Positions 63,972 through 64,000 of a stretch of 64,000 bases of DNA are shown piece after piece. Numbering within the stretch: position 1 is the stretch's first letter; each line of letters begins with the position of its first letter. The notes beneath the pieces were generated by a model. That model made no database searches. It was not told where the DNA came from and saw only the letters and a program-made list of their open reading frames with translations. The stretch lies in IMG/VR virus record IMGVR_UViG_3300028293_000005, positions 9,874-73,873 of that record; one strand, written 5' to 3'. The position numbers were made by a program, and so were the translations under genes. The DNA comes from a virus (lineage: Duplodnaviria; Caudoviricetes).

Positions 63972-64000
63972 CGCTTAAAAAGTCCTTTGGAAAAATGCCA

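Noticed and set aside
36776-64000. Lysogeny module, tRNAs or a single-subunit RNA polymerase
   Set aside because: No integrase, repressor, tRNA cloverleaf with T-loop consensus or RNAP motifs recognised; they could lie outside the window

Overview
The window is most of a GC-rich, podovirus-like dsDNA phage genome in two convergent halves. The + strand (1-36.8 kb) holds packaging and virion genes: terminase large subunit (5'-truncated), portal, scaffold, a glycosyltransferase/sulfotransferase/GDP-fucose-synthase cluster, major capsid protein, collagen-like fibres, tail tubular proteins, a GNAT and ejection proteins including a 2151-aa polyvalent protein. The - strand (36.8-64 kb) holds early and replication genes: GT4, phosphoesterase, RuvC-like resolvase, a sigma-70-family factor, primase-helicase, a family A DNA polymerase split into two ORFs, a histone-like protein, DUF2800 nuclease, SNF2 helicase and many small ORFs. 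Thirteen free-standing homing-endonuclease-like genes sit at gene boundaries. Strongest hidden signal: ten copies of a non-canonical promoter, T(T/A)(G/A/T)ACA-N16-CACT(T/G)(A/C/G)T, separate from five canonical TTGACA-N17-(T/G)AnnnT early promoters, whose variation fits residue changes in the phage sigma factor. Other highlights: a probable virion glycosylation/sulfation module, a five-fold repeated linker in the polyvalent protein, a 134-nt structured intergenic element, and a 5-nt insertion that splits polA just before motif A. No tRNA, CRISPR array, integrase, reverse transcriptase, RNA polymerase or recognisable endolysin was seen. All family assignments are motif recognition by eye; no searches were run.
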